A stretch of DNA of 64,000 nucleotides from Octopus bimaculoides (lineage: Eukaryota). A program made the position numbers and the translations under genes. Within the stretch, counting starts at the first letter, position 1, and each line of letters begins with the position of its first letter. The notes below the pieces were generated by a model. That model was not told the DNA's origin and searched no databases. It saw nothing but the letters and a program-made list of their open reading frames with translations. Of this stretch, positions 36,690 to 50,497 are shown in pieces. The stretch covers positions 35,515,610 through 35,579,609 of the forward strand of contig NC_068997.1 of assembly GCF_001194135.2 (NCBI RefSeq). Reading direction: 5' to 3'.

Positions 36690-38151
36690 TACATCATTAG
36701 ATGTACACCTGACTTTCCTACATAAAATTAAGAATTAACGGAACGCTGAACTCCAGACTATCAACATAACAATTATTTATTTTAAGGTGGTTAATATCTA
36801 CATCTTTAGCTCTTGTTTTGAGACGTCTTCTGTGTGTGTGAGCATGGTTGTTGGGATGTTGGTATGTAGATGTGAGCGAGCTGTCTAGCGTAAGTTCGAA
36901 AGATGGAGAGAGACAGCTAAACACGTCCTTGCTCAATCGCTGGCCAGCAAGAAAGAGGCAGAATGAAGCGGAAAAGCTTGGTTGTTGAATTCCACGCATG
37001 CGTGAGACTACGCATGCGCACGGCGTTACTACAGGGCTCCCTTGCCATTGCGGAACGCATGATAATATGAAATTCTGTTGGAACGCCTGAGGCAGGATGG
37101 CCACTGAAAACAACCCACAAGATGTAGCACAAACACACACAAAGAATAATGAAAGAAATGAAATGTACACTCGTGTGATACATGCATGCAATGTACAAAT
37201 TGAAGGAATGAAAGAAAAACATGCAATATGGGCAGTAAATGCCACCTAGTAAGAAAGCAAATGAGACAATGAGAAAACAAATCGTGATGACTACTGTCCA
37301 GGAACTGGAATCACGGAATGTGAAAGTCTGAGTGTTTGTTTTTACTGAAAGGAAAGAAAATGTATGAGTGCACATGTGTGTGTGTGTGAGAAAAAAAAAC
37401 ACAGAACATAGTAAAAGTGTCTGTAACAGACTGTGAAAAGTCTTAAAACACTGAGATGGAGAAAACCAGTTCGTATAAGAGTTACACAAGTTGATTTAGA
37501 ATGTCTGTACTCAGGAAGTCGTGGTCAGTTGGCAGAGCTGTAGTTGAGCATCAATGCGAGATTGCGACCGGTTACCTGGTACGGGATATCCAATTCGGCT
37601 AGCTCTGACTGTTGTGCGTAAGTGGATAAATTCCACTCCACAGTGAAGATAAAACCGAGTGTGTTTATATGGTGTGTCCCTGGTGGTGGGGTTGTTGGCG
37701 CACGACATTGTGGTAGACAGTACATTGATGGAGAAGACNNNNNNNNNNGTGTGTCCCTGGTGGTGGGGTTGTTGGCGCACGACATTGTGGTAGACAGTAC
37801 ATTGATGGAGAAGACGTCGGCGCAGGAACTGTAATATAGCTGTTCTGTATGTGTGGTGGTAATGGTATTGACGGTGGTAATGAATGTCCTGTTGAAACTG
37901 TTGGCGACGTCGGGGGAATGCTTGTAGTTGGTAGTAGTAGTTGTTGTCGTCGCGGCGGTAATCTTGGTTGAACGAAGCTGGTGGAGAAAAGGCTGCTTGG
38001 TGATGGTGTTTGAAGAGGTGCGCTTTTACAGACGGTCGACAGACAAATCTCTGTACGACCATTAGCGAAAACCTCCAAGAAAATTTTTTTTAACCCAAGA
38101 CGAAATTGTTCGCATGTGACGACAAGGAGAAATGGTGACGAATGGAAAAAC
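36690..38151 (-). mobile_element. LTR-like long interspersed repeat, copy 1
   Basis: Colinear with 57115-58362 and partly homologous (inverted) to the solo LTR at 62615. Terminal ~55 bp hairpin taggaaagt..actttccta. Confidence 0.6.
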
Positions 38152-38414
38152 NNNNNNNNNNNNNNNNNNNNNNNNNNNNNNNNNNNNNNNNNNNNNNNNN
38201 NNNNNNNNNNNNNNNNNNNNNNNNNNNNNNNNNNNNNNNNNNNNNNNNNNNGACTGAGGACTGGTGAAACTGGATGGCAACACCAGGCTCCAATCTAAAT
38301 ACCTACCGTTAATGTAGGTATTAGTTTACAGATTTTGTCTCTTTATATATATATTTTTATTTCTCATGTTTATATTTATTCCTTGAATGATTTTAGGTAT
38401 TTTCTTAGGGATTT

Positions 38415-38529
38415 GACCTGAAGAGTGACTGATTTTGGGAGTAAAATCATTTCCCCATTCTAATTAACTCGGATAGAATTTGCTTATGATTTTATATAGT
38501 CCTATTTCAGCCATGAAATGTGCGTAGTC
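38415..38529 (+). ncRNA. PLE hammerhead motif with ~90 nt stem II region
   Basis: GAC CTGAAGA GTGACTGA ... TCAGCCAT GAAAT GTGC GTA GTC. Stem III atgtgcgt is consistent with CpG decay of the palindrome acgcgcgt. Confidence 0.6.
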
Positions 38530-40941
38530 TATATACTAACACTAACTTTTTACATTTATACTTCCATACTGTATATTATCGTATAAATTTTTGCTGTCCA
38601 ATTTATAATTTTAACTTTAAAATTCTTTTTAATTAATATTTATATGATTTATTTATATGATTTATATGATTTATTTATGTAATATATTATTTAATTTAAA
38701 TTTTTAGATTAAGATCTTAGATATATTAAGATGGTATATGCCTCACAGCATGGATTTGGATGGGTTCTGAGTTGTAGAGTGGTGGTTCATCTCTAAATTA
38801 GTAATATATAAAAATATAAATATATATATACATATATAAATATATATNNNNNNNNNNNNNNNNNNNNNNNNNNNNNNNNNNNNNNNNNNNNNNNNNNNNN
38901 NNNNNNNNNNNNNNNNNNNNNNNNNNNNNNNNNNNNNNNNNNNNNNNNNNNNNNNNNNNNNNNNNNNNNNNNNNNNNNNNNNNNNNNNNNNNNNNNNNNN
39001 NNNNNNNNNNNNNNNNNNNNNNNNNNNNNNNNNNNNNNNNNNNNNNNNNNNNNNNNNNNNNNNNNNNNNNNNNNNNNNNNNNNNNNNNNNNNNNNNNNNN
39101 NNNNNNNNNNNNNNNNNNNNNNNNNNNNNNNNNNNNNNNNNNNNNNNNNNNNNNNNNNNNNNNNNNNNNNNNNNNNNNNNNNNNNNNNNNNNNNNNNNNN
39201 NNNNNNNNNNNNNNNNNNNNNNNNNNNNNNNNNNNNNNNNNNNNNNNNNNNNNNNTGAAAAGTGTTTCTGTAAAATTTCATCAATATATATCCATTTTCC
39301 TCCAAGTCGAGAGGGAAAAATCGGATGTTGTGAATTTTCCAAAAGTCCTCCCCCACCACATTCATTTGCACCAATTTTCTATTTCATATTCGTTTTCTAT
39401 AGTTTTTTACAGCCAGCAGGCTTTTTTTTTGGGGGGCGGTTTGCGTTAACGGGTGTCAATCTTTATAATATCTAAAGAATGTATGTACATGTAGGTATCT
39501 ATCTATCTTATATATCGGAAAGTTCTCACAATCCGTTTTTTCCCCTCATAACTTTCAGGATCTAGTTTAGTGCCCGGTCACCAAAACATTCTTTTTTTTT
39601 TTCACCAAATTCCTGTGTTTTCGATGATGGAGATTCAGAATATTCAAAAGACCACATTTTCAAAATTTTTAACTGTTTTTGAAATTTTTTTTTTTTTCAA
39701 TGTACATGGAAAAATATGGAGATTAAGAATATGTGGAAAAAAACATTTTAATTTCAAATTTTTTATGAAAAATTCCAAAATTGATCAACATCCCACCTCT
39801 TGCTATCCCATCCTGCTGTCTAAAAGTGAAAATGAACGGCTGTTTTGTCTGTTTCCACATGCATAGATTTATAGTGAAATAACAAAAGGATTACAGCATA
39901 TGAGGCCCTCACTACAGAACTCGATATGCTAAAAATAACAGCTAAATGTCTGGGGAATTTTTGTGTTCATGTGTGCATGCATGCAACAATTTCCACAGGT
40001 CATCTGAATAAACAGAGAAAGAAGTACACAAAATATATTTTACATACCTGTCGTATATTGGTTTTTTTTTTTTATTTCGCATTAAAGGTAAATGATTCTG
40101 ATAGAAGCAATTGCCTTACTGTCAATTCATTGGAGTAATCTCAACAAAAGACTATAAGTTTAGTCCCTAGCTCAGCACCTATGTTTGTACTCTTCATTCC
40201 AAAATAATAAAAACTTTAACATACTTCCAAAATGGGACTTCATCCATGTGTTTCCGTGTATGCATATGTGTAAATGTGTGTGTGTGGCGGGGGTGGTGGT
40301 GCAAGAAAACATTTATGGAAATGAACTGGCACAATGTTACCCCTCTGAATTTCTTTCTAATTGTGATAATGAAACAAGAAGTTTACACCTTGCTGCCAAA
40401 ATTAATTGCCCTTGCATTTTCTCTCTTTTTCAATATTCAATTAAAAGAGAGAATATGTCGTTACAACATTAAAACTTTAGTAACTTGATCGNNNNNNNNN
40501 NNNNNNNNNNNNNNNNNNNNNNNNNNNNNNNNNNNNNNNNNNNNNNNNNNNNNNNNNNNNNNNNNNNNNNNNNNNNNNNNNNNNNNNNNNNNNNNNNNNN
40601 NNNNNNNNNNNNNNNNNNNNNNNNNNNNNNNNNNNNNNNNNNNNNNNNNNNNNNNNNNNNNNNNNNNNNNNNNNNNNNNNNNNNNNNNNNNNNNNNNNNN
40701 NNNNNNNNNNNNNNNNNNNNNNNNNNNNNNNNNNNNNNNNNNNNNNNNNNNNNNNNNNNNNNNNNNNNNNNNNNNNNNNNNNNNNNNNNNNNNNNNNNNN
40801 NNNNNNNNNNNNNNNNNNNNNNNNNNNNNNNNNNNNNNNNNNNNNNNNNNNNNNNNNNNNNNNNNNNNNNNNNNNNNNNNNNNNNNNNNNNNNNNNNNNN
40901 NNNNNNNNNNNNNNNNNNNNNNNNNNNNNNNNNNNNNACAT

Positions 40942-41325
40942 TTCTGTAAATGTTTTTCTTGCGCACCTTTGGAGATATGCTGTGCTTCAGAAGACCCAGC
41001 AAGCCCGTGCAGCATAACCGGCCCATTTAAGAGTACCCATCAATCATTAGGCAATAAACTGCACTTGCGAAAACCTGTTGAGTCAAGTGAAATCACTGTC
41101 GTGGCCAATGACAGTACCGCCTGATTGGCACCTGTGTCGGTGGCATGTAAAAAGCACCCACTATACTCTCGGAGTGGTTGGCGTTAGGAAGGGCATCCAG
41201 CTGTAGAAACTTTGCTAGATCAGATTGGAGCCTGGTGCAGCCTTCTGGCTTGCCAGCACTCAGTCAAACCGTCCAATCCATGCCAGCATGGAAAGCGGAC
41301 GTTAAATGACGATGATGATGATGAC
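40942..41325 (+). mobile_element. RTE LINE 3' end (one hairpin unit, tail, (GAT)n)
   Basis: ctttggagatatgctgtgctt..ggcatgtaaaaagcacc..aggaagggcatccagctgtagaaac..gatgatgatg. Confidence 0.85.
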
Positions 41326-41424
41326 CAACACCAACGCACACCTGCACACGGATACCCTGGATACGAGCAGATACAACATGCATGCAGATACACAGGGACG
41401 AAGTCCCATTTTGGAAGTATTATT

Positions 41425-41700
41425 CTTTTACTTGTTTCAGTCATTTGATTCCAGCCATGCTGGAGTCCCACCTTTAGTCAAACAAATTGACACTAGGACT
41501 TATTCTCTGTAAGCCTAGTACTTATTTTATCAGTCTTTTGCTGAACCGCTAAGTTACAGAGATGTAACACACGAACATCAGTTGCCTGGCAATGGCAGGC
41601 GGACTAACTCACAAATACACATATACACACACACAAACACACACACACACTCACATGCATACATATGCATGACAGGCTTCTTTCAGTTTCCATGCCCTCA
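41425..41700 (-). mobile_element. SINE family B, partial
   Basis: tcttttacttgtttcagtcatttga..gctgaaccgctaagttac..ggcttctttcagtttcc. Confidence 0.75.
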
Positions 41701-42494
41701 CATATCTACTGTACCCTACTCCCATCCACTTTCAATTCCTTTCACCATCACTTGCTACTTATCTACAGCACTCCAATTTCTCTCAATATCACTTCCTATC
41801 ACTGCCATCTCTAAATATCTTCCCTCACACTCTTATGGAACATCCCCCTCTATACTATTTATACTACCACCACTGTTCTCTTTGGGCAGGCCCTGTCTCT
41901 CTCTATCTGTCTCTAACTCTCTCCCATCTTCCTCTCCTTCCATGTCCTACTGAAGTAGCAATTATCTTCTCAATAGTAAGCAGGCTACTTCTGTCCCTCT
42001 ATCATACTCTAATCTCTTGGTTTCGCTCCCTCTCTCTCATTTGAGAGGTCCTTATTTTGTGAGCTCACAGGTGCTGGTGTCACATAAAAAGTACCTGTTC
42101 TGGTGCCATATAACCTTGATGTTCTGGTGATCTGATGAGTCAGCTTTTTTTATTTGCATTGATTTATGAATATACAACTGTATTGTATAATGCGTAGCAT
42201 GCATTTTAATGCAGACATGTAAGCATAAATTATTATACACTGAAATTATTATTACATGAGGAAGGCTGCAAAATGGCCATAATCCTATAGATGTCAAGTG
42301 TTTAAATAAATATATTTATCTCCATGCCTCCTGATTTTTTATGGTTTATATATTCCTCATGAAATAATTTCATCAATCAGATCTCTTGGATTTCAGCTGC
42401 ATAGAACTCTGCATTATGCTTCTCTGTATTGGATCTGTTAGAGGAGCTTTCTGTGAAAGCCACATGATCTTTTATCTTTTGTCAGTTATCTTTT

Positions 42495-42685
42495 TCTTGT
42501 TTCAGACTGCAGCCATGCTGGAGCACCACCTTGAAGAACTTTTAGTCAAATGAATTGACCCCTGTGCTTATGTTCTTTTTAAGCCTCATACTTATTCTAT
42601 TGGTCTTTTTTGCCAAACTACTAAGTTATGGGGATTTAAACACACCAACAGCATTTCTCAAGAGGTGATGGGGGACAAACACAGA

Positions 42686-42715
<30 letters not shown>
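42495..42715 (-). mobile_element. SINE family B, 3' half with (CA)n
   Basis: cttgtttcagactgcagccatgctggagcaccacc..ggggacaaacacagagacacac. Confidence 0.75.
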
Positions 42716-42721
<6 letters not shown>

Positions 42722-44369
42722 GAACACAAATATGTTGAGGTTCACTTACAGATGTATCAGACACATTTTTAATTGATAAATAAGCTGATTACATCATGAA
42801 AAAAAAGCTATTTTCTTCAAGTGAATTAAAAACTTAAAATTTAAAGTTTGGTTCAGAAATAATATCAGGATATGGAATGTGTGTTGACCCTCTCATTTTG
42901 ACAACAAGAGTGTGGAGCTATTCCAAAGCTTAGTTGATATCATATGGGTAAGGGTCAACAGACAAAGCCACACTGAATTATTTGTATCAAATAGATGGTG
43001 AGAGATAAAGCTTAAAAGGAAGACAGAGTGAAAAAGAATGGCAAGCTTAAGAGAAATATAGATAGAAAGAAGAATAGGAGCGGGGTTGGAGACTATCAGT
43101 GTAGAATAGTGGGATGTATAATAGCAAAGACAAAATTACTGGCATCAGCTGTAAGATCACAGACCATCAGAACAGGATCATTTGCAATAATGAATACTTA
43201 CATTAGGTATCACTATGAATTTTTGAAAGTATCTAAATGTAATTTCTATATTACTTTTTCTTGGAGAGCATCCAAAAGAAACATTTTGATACCTAATTTG
43301 TGATATTTAGATGAATATTTTAGGAAATATGACAATTCAAATGTTAATGAATTGATCAAAATTTTGCCTAATTTCCCCAAATGAATAAGTAGCTATATTT
43401 GTGATGTCATATCTTTGAAACTGTCATATCTTTGTCATATCTTTGAAACTTTCAAATTACACAAATTAATAGTGACCATGGTATAGTAGTTGCCTTTTTT
43501 TCTTTTTTTTTCGGGTTCTTGGAAAGAAAATCTATTTTTTTGGCAATATTTGAAATATCTATGTAAAACCTATCATGTGTGCCAGTACAAGACAACCCCC
43601 AGGATTTCTATTTAAAAAGCGGGTTTTGAGCTATACTTGCTGTATAAGACTACCCCAAGTTTTCTTGGAAAATATCTGAAGCACTGAAGGTGCAAGGTTC
43701 ATAGCTAAAGGGGTCAGGTCAGCTGTAATTTCCCCAGTGGCCCTGAAGCCTCTGCTTTTCTTGTGTTTCAATAGCATTTTAACTATTTCTACAGTCTTAG
43801 TTGTTTAAAATTTATTCAGCTCTTTTCAAAAACTGGCCAAATATCATAAATTATCTACTATAAAACACATCAAACTTACCTGGCTGGTGTAAACTCTACT
43901 GTAGTGACGTCACTTAGGCTTTGGTTATTTTACAGGAACTAACATGGTGTCAAGTTTACACCAATGACACCATTTACTTGAAACAGATTTACAGATTTAC
44001 TTACAGTATGTATAATATATTGTAATATATTAGAAATGTTATAAAGTACACTACTATTATTTTCTTTAATTTGTAAATTTAGTCTTGCTTCACGAGACTA
44101 TTGGTAGAACTGTGTTTGAATTGTTTGCACCAGTTTCTGATCTACCCTATCCTAATTCATTTGATTACACCAGTAGGTATGTATATAATATTAATATTTG
44201 GGTGCTAAATATGACATGTATACTGAATATCTTTATTACAGAAACATACATATATACATCCATCTAATATACTAATTCACAATATTTTAAAAGCAAATTA
44301 AACAATCAAGATTTTAATTTTATTAGCATAGTTTAAAAAAATGATCATTACTTCAGTGATCATATATTA

Positions 44370-45662
44370 AAACCCTTCAAGAGGCTCATCATCATCATCA
44401 TCATCATATGACATTAGAAGTTCTTGAAGTACATTGTGAGATACATTTATCAGAGAATCATCGTAAGGATCAAACTCAGAATCAGATGAAGTGGCCCCGA
44501 CTTCTTCTCTCTGATTCTCCCACAGCATGTCATCCTTGGTACCATCTAGTGAATTAGATATTCTGCTTTTTAAAAGACCTGATAACTGTTTCCGCTTTCC
44601 ATGCCTTGATAACAAATTCACACAGTACATTCAATTCTGGAGCACACATATTTCACCTTTTCCACCTTTACTATAAGATTTTCAGCCACTAATCATCCAC
44701 TCATTCCACATGGTCCTTGAATGGTTTGTTCAAACAAACATCAAGTGGTTGTACAACTGAATTTAAACCACCAGGAATAACTGCCATGTCACTGTTGTTC
44801 CTGATCATATGTTTCTTTGTTCTCTCTGTTAAGTAACACTTAAACATATCCCATATCAAGAAGCTCTGCTGTTTTCTAAATCCACCAGGTCACTTACATC
44901 ATACACTGTCAATCCATAACTTTATTCTTTGTTCATCCATCCAGCTGTTTTCGTTGATATGAACAAAAACTCCAGCTGGGAACTTGATTTTAGGCATAGT
45001 TTTCTTCTTGAAAATCATCATTAGTTTGAGTTTTGTTCCATCTGCCATGCATTAAAGTACTACTGTAAATCTTGTCTGTCCATGCCCTGTTGTTTTCACC
45101 AACACTGTTTTTTGTGCCCTTTGTATTTACAGTTCTATTACCAACCACATCAAAATTCATGGGTATTTCATCCATGTTTCCAGTATTACTTAATAGATAA
45201 TGTAGCGATGGAAATTAATAATCTTAGCATCAAAACCTGCTGGTAATTTCTGTGATATTTTAGTTTTCTGTCTCAGTACAAAATCATTTTTTTTCATGAA
45301 GCAGTAGCTTTGAAGTCTTTTTCTGTACTCTTTGTTGGCTTTAGCCCACTTAAGTGCACAAATGCATATTTTATTTCTTGAAACAATGTATCCATTTTGA
45401 CACTGCTCACAGACCAAATCTACTACATGCTTTTCTCTAGAATCAGCCACTGTGCAGTGCTTCCTCTCATTGCACATTTTGTCCTGGGTATACACCTTAA
45501 TAAGTCTTCCTTTAATCTCCAAACTCTTACCATCGTCTCAGTGTACATCTCGGTTATACTGTATTTTCTTGCAGCAGCACAGTTGTTGTGGGACTTGGCA
45601 CATGTTACCACTCTTGGCTTAAAGCCAGTTTCATATTCCCTTTGCTTATCACTTGGAGCCAT
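44370..45662 (-). mobile_element. pogo-family transposase relic (Brinker-type DBD, CENP-B-type HTH, DDE_1; POGK-like architecture)
   Basis: REYETGFKPRVV..NNCAAARKY..MVRVWR, FMKKNDFVLRQKTKISQKLP, MDEIPMNFD..TVNTKGTK, acidic C-terminus. Element ends not resolved. Confidence 0.82.
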
Positions 45663-46099
45663 GAGGGGGTTTTACAGTTGCTAGAAATTAATGTTCACCC
45701 TGCTTATAAAAGAGTGACAACTTGAGCCTTTTCAAGAAACCCTGTCTGTAAATGTTTGAAAGTAACTGGTAACTCTAAGGTTTATTGTGATTCGGCTGAC
45801 CGACTCGAACTGGTCAGTCACAGAAGGTACCAGTACATACTGCTAAACTGCCATAACAGTTAGGTTAGTTAGCATAAACTACACTTGTCCTGAAAGCCCT
45901 TGGCTGGCTGAGCACTGTATGAGAGAGCACTCTAACAAGGCAATGTAAACAGAACAGACCCTAGGACCCGGCTGAATGGTCTGATTGTTTACATATTCTG
46001 TTTGTCAGCTGTTGCAAATGGTGATTGGTGTCTCTCCACTAAGTTTGCTGTGCTGATATCTCCTAATATAATAATGAGCGTAGTGTTTTTATATCTCTG

Positions 46100-47045
46100 T
46101 ATTGGCACCCATGCCAACATCGTCTCCGTCATTGGACACGAAACTCAGCTTGCGAAGACTTATTGGGGCAAGCGAAAGCGAAATTGTGATGGCACCTGTG
46201 CCCAGCATCGCCTTTCTGGCACTTGTGCCCACGGCATGTCTAAGGACTTTCNNNNNNNNNNNNNNNNNNNNNNNNNNNNNNNNNNNNNNNNNNNNNNNNN
46301 NNNNNNNNNNNNNNNNNNNNNNNNNNNNNNNNNNNNNNNNNNNNNNNNNNNNNNNNNNNNNNNNNNNNNNNNNNNNNNNNNNNNNNNNNNNNNNNNNNNN
46401 NNNNNNNNNNNNNNNNNNNNNNNNNNNNNNNNNNNNNNNNNNNNNNNNNNNNNNNNNNNNNNNNNNNNNNNNNNNNNNNNNNNNNNNNNNNNNNNNNNNN
46501 NNNNNNNNNNNNNNNNNNNNNNNNNNNNNNNNNNNNNNNNNNNNNNNNNNNNNNNNNNNNNNNNNNNNNNNNNNNNNNNNNNNNNNNNNNNNNNNNNNNN
46601 NNNNNNNNNNNNNNNNNNNNNNNNNNNNNNNNNNNNNNNNNNNNNNNNNNNNNNNNNNNNNNNNNNNNNNNNNNNNNNNNNNNNNNNNNNNNNNNNNNNN
46701 NNNNNNNNNNNNNNNNNNNNNNNNNNNNNNNNNNNNNNNNNAGGATTTTCGAGTGAGATCGTTGCCAGTGCTGCTGGACTGGCTCTTGTGCGGGTGGCAC
46801 ATAAAATACACCATTTTGAGTGTGGCCGTTGCCAGTACCGCCTGACTGGCCTTCGTGCAGGTGACACGTAAAAGCACCCACTACACTCTCTGAGTGGTTG
46901 GTGTTAGGAAGGGCATCCAGCTGTAGAAACTCTGCCAAATCAGATTGGAGCCTGGTGTAGCCATCTGGTTTCACCAGTCCTCAGTCAAATCGTCCAACCC
47001 ATGCTAGCATGGAAAGCGGACGTTAAACAACGATGATGATGATGA
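46100..47045 (+). mobile_element. RTE 3' UTR hairpin array and tail spanning a gap
   Basis: Hairpin units on both sides of gap 46252-46741; canonical tail and (GAT)n at ~47030. Confidence 0.8.
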
Positions 47046-47639
47046 TATATATATATATTTGTCCAAAATCACGCTGGAGTAAATGGTGAAGGGAGAGGAA
47101 AGAAAATAGTAATTCAGTGAAGGAAAAGTAGTGAAAGTAATAGTCATGACTGAGAGGGAGTGACAAAACGTAATAGCAATGAGAGAGAGAAAGCGTCAAA
47201 GTGAGCATTGTGTATCTTCTACTATAATAATACTCTTGTGTATTTCTCTGACACAACATATGAATGAGAAAGGAAGGGGTGCTCCACCGATGGAAGTGGG
47301 ATGGGGAAAAGTCAACAGTGAAACAAAAATCAAACAGCGCTTCAACTCTGTGTGAGTATATGTGTGTGTGTGTAAAAGAGAGGAATGTGAATGTTTGTAT
47401 GTGTATGTTTGTGTAAGATATATTTATATATTTGAGTGAGTGTATATGTGCTTGTGTATGTTGACTTAGAAAGATACATGGAAAATAGAATTACAGACAC
47501 ATGCACTTTTACACATACATATATAAATATAAACAGACACACTTAAAAAGGAAGGAAGCGGTCTGTGATGAAGTATAGAAAACCACATTTGCTAGAGACT
47601 GTGCTACTCATATACATAAATGTATACATATGCACACAT

Positions 47640-47678
<39 letters not shown>

Positions 47679-48789
47679 TGAAGCACTGTTTGATTTTTTT
47701 TTCACCTTTTTGTACCTTTTTTATATATAAAATACTACAATTAACCATCATTTTTGACAGCACAAGGTCAGCTAGTTTTAATATAATTTTACTATTAATC
47801 CAGCTTCACAAACATGTGTAAGTATCAGAAAATATTGTGCTATAGAAAACATATGATCTAGGCAAGTTTTTTTACACTGTTCTCCATTGACACTGGTGCT
47901 ACTGGAAACCACAGGAAGTTAAGGTTCAGATTTTATACAGGGTATCTAAGATTACCTATAGTTTTGGGGTGATTTTTTAAAAGTTCAAATTCTGTCCTGT
48001 ACACTGATATATATGGTATTTTGTTATGTGTAACAAATGGTTGATTTTGCAATGTTTTCAGACCTAGCAAAATCCAAAACTACAAACCACAGGAACTTCA
48101 GTTTTGGTATATTTGTAATAGGTATATAGGTAAATAAAGTATGGGATTTTGGGACATGACACCATTTCAATAAAATTTTAATGGACTATTAAAAATTACC
48201 ATAAATGACAGAGTTTGGATCAGGATGGCTTACATAATTTGGATTTTCTCCATTTTGATTTCCTTTTTTTTTCTCTTTTTTTTTTTTGCATCACTGTCTT
48301 GGAAAGGATGAGGGTAAACTTATGAAAAACGTTTTTGAAAATTTTTCCACCACACCTTTCCACCCCTGTTCACTCTGGATTGATTTTTCCCAATTTGTTT
48401 GCTCCACACACTTAAAAACCACGGGAGAAACCATTTCTGTAAAAAATACAAACAGAATGCGAAAACTAATTCCTTGCTTTAAGCATTAAAAGCATAAATT
48501 AAAAGCATTAACATCTGNNNNNNNNNNNNNNNNNNNNNNNNNNNNNNNNNNNNNNNNNNNNNNNNNNNNNNNNNNNNNNNNNNNNNNNNNNNNNNNNNNN
48601 NNNNNNNNNNNNNNNNNNNNNNNNNNNNNNNNNNNNNNNNNNNNNNNNNNNNNNNNNNNNNNNNNNNNNNNNNNNNNNNNNNNNNNNNNNNNNNNNNNNN
48701 NNNNNNNNNNNNNNNNNNNNNNNNNNNNNNNNNNNNNNNNNNNNNNNNNNNNNNNNNNNNNNNNNNNNNNNNNNNNNNNTCCACATGTT

Positions 48790-50495
48790 AAAACTGTGAG
48801 ACGGAATAAACAACATTCTCAATACGATTTCATGCTAAGTTTGGGCTCTAGAAGACTTGTTAAACTCAATTTAGTGGGGGGTTTTTTTGTAGAAATATAT
48901 GTTAACTTAGTAATTAGTTGGTTCATTTCTTAAAATTCTGGCTCAAACTTGGAATTTGAAGCCATGGATTTGTGTTCCATTTGACCTCTCACTGCACTCG
49001 AATACATCAGTTTGGCATATCGGATCGGTATACCACCCTCTTTACTCACTTTGCACTTTTTCACCATATCATAGCCAGTTATCAATGAAATCATGAAAAC
49101 TTTTTTTTATGATATAAAAATCTTGAAGAAAATATGTCCTTTTCTAAGTGAAAATTAACAATTTTATTTTAACTTTTATATTTCATAACAATTATCTGAC
49201 CTACCCCCATTGATTTTTATATCAATATAAAGTGAAAAACCTTCCTCTTCATGACAGTATAATTTTTAATACAACTTGAGGTATGGCACTTGAGCACATT
49301 GAACTAGTACGATGTGGCAACCCATTGCTTGAAAACTATTTAGTTGGGTCTGCACAAATTCTTCATAATTTGATGACTTCCTATTTCCCAGGAAATCAAA
49401 AACAACTGCAGCAAAAGCATTCCATGATTTGCTTTCAACTCCAGACCTAATTTGTGAGACACACCAACCTTAATTTTCCCACAAGATAAAACTGGAAACT
49501 TTGTACTTAAGTATTTGAAGCAGTCACTGTCTCAGTATTTCGACATGATTACATATTATATAGGGTACATGAGCATTGTCATTATCACCCAGTTTCATGC
49601 CAAAGTAAGTAAGGTAAGCTTTCTTCTCAAAATATGTGATTTTGTTTTGCCTACTAGGTAAAGAGTAACATCCACAAGTATAGCAGAATACATCAGGGTT
49701 ATTTTTGCAGTTTCTTCTCTCACAACTGGTCATATTTCTGAAATACAAAGCATGTATTCAAGCCATTTGTAACCTAGGAGAAACATTTTCAGAATTGTCA
49801 ACAGTTATAAAATAAGCAAATGTAGATGGCAAAGGTCCATAAAGAATGTACTTGCCATGAAGTTCTTCCTACAGTTCTTTGACAATGTTTGACAAAAAGT
49901 GAACTCGACCCATGTGACATGACAATTAAAACATTAATGGTGCATTCAAAATGCCAATTTTTATATAAAATAACTAAAGGTTCAACAAAGCATATTTCAC
50001 CTGGTTTTCAGTGATAATCACACCAAATCATGTTCTGTTTGGGCATATCTGCAGGCTAATTCCACAAATATGAGATATGTATAATGTCAAGGACCACAAA
50101 ATTAACATCTAATTGGATAAAGGACACAAACCAGTTTTAAATGTCATATTGATGACATTTAAAACTGGTTAGATTGAAAATAGTGCAAGTTGTTCAAGTT
50201 TAATTCTTTTTTATTTATACTTGAATTACAATTTTTGTTTTCATTTTTGTAGTTGCGTTTACTTTAAATGATAAGAAACGATAAAAAAAACTGTTTTCAA
50301 AGTTATGTCAAGCCCCATACATGAAATCTATCTTTCAAAATGGTTACAATACCAGAAATATTGAAAAATGGACGTTTGAGTTTGCGAGAAACTTTGACGT
50401 GATAGAGCAAAATGGATTTGATTTTTGAAATCAGCACCCCAAAATTACTAGGAAACATGTCTCCAAAACCGGACAACAAAAATTATATTCCTTAA
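48790..50495 (-). mobile_element. Chapaev3-like (CMC) DNA transposon, internally deleted
   Basis: CKNNPDVFCYTCG..KKAYLTYFGMKLGD..VPYIIC joined directly to FKYLSTKFP..SWNAFAAVVFDFLGNRKSSNY..MGC. Terminus gacgtgatagagcaaaatgg..aatcagcacccc resembles this family. Superfamily assignment is from memory. Confidence 0.6.
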
Positions 50496-50497
50496 TG

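Noticed and set aside
36718-38078. Overlapping 137-190 aa ORFs in the LTR-like repeat
   Set aside because: They are low-complexity with no gag, RT or other motifs, and depend on a gap-flanking duplication.
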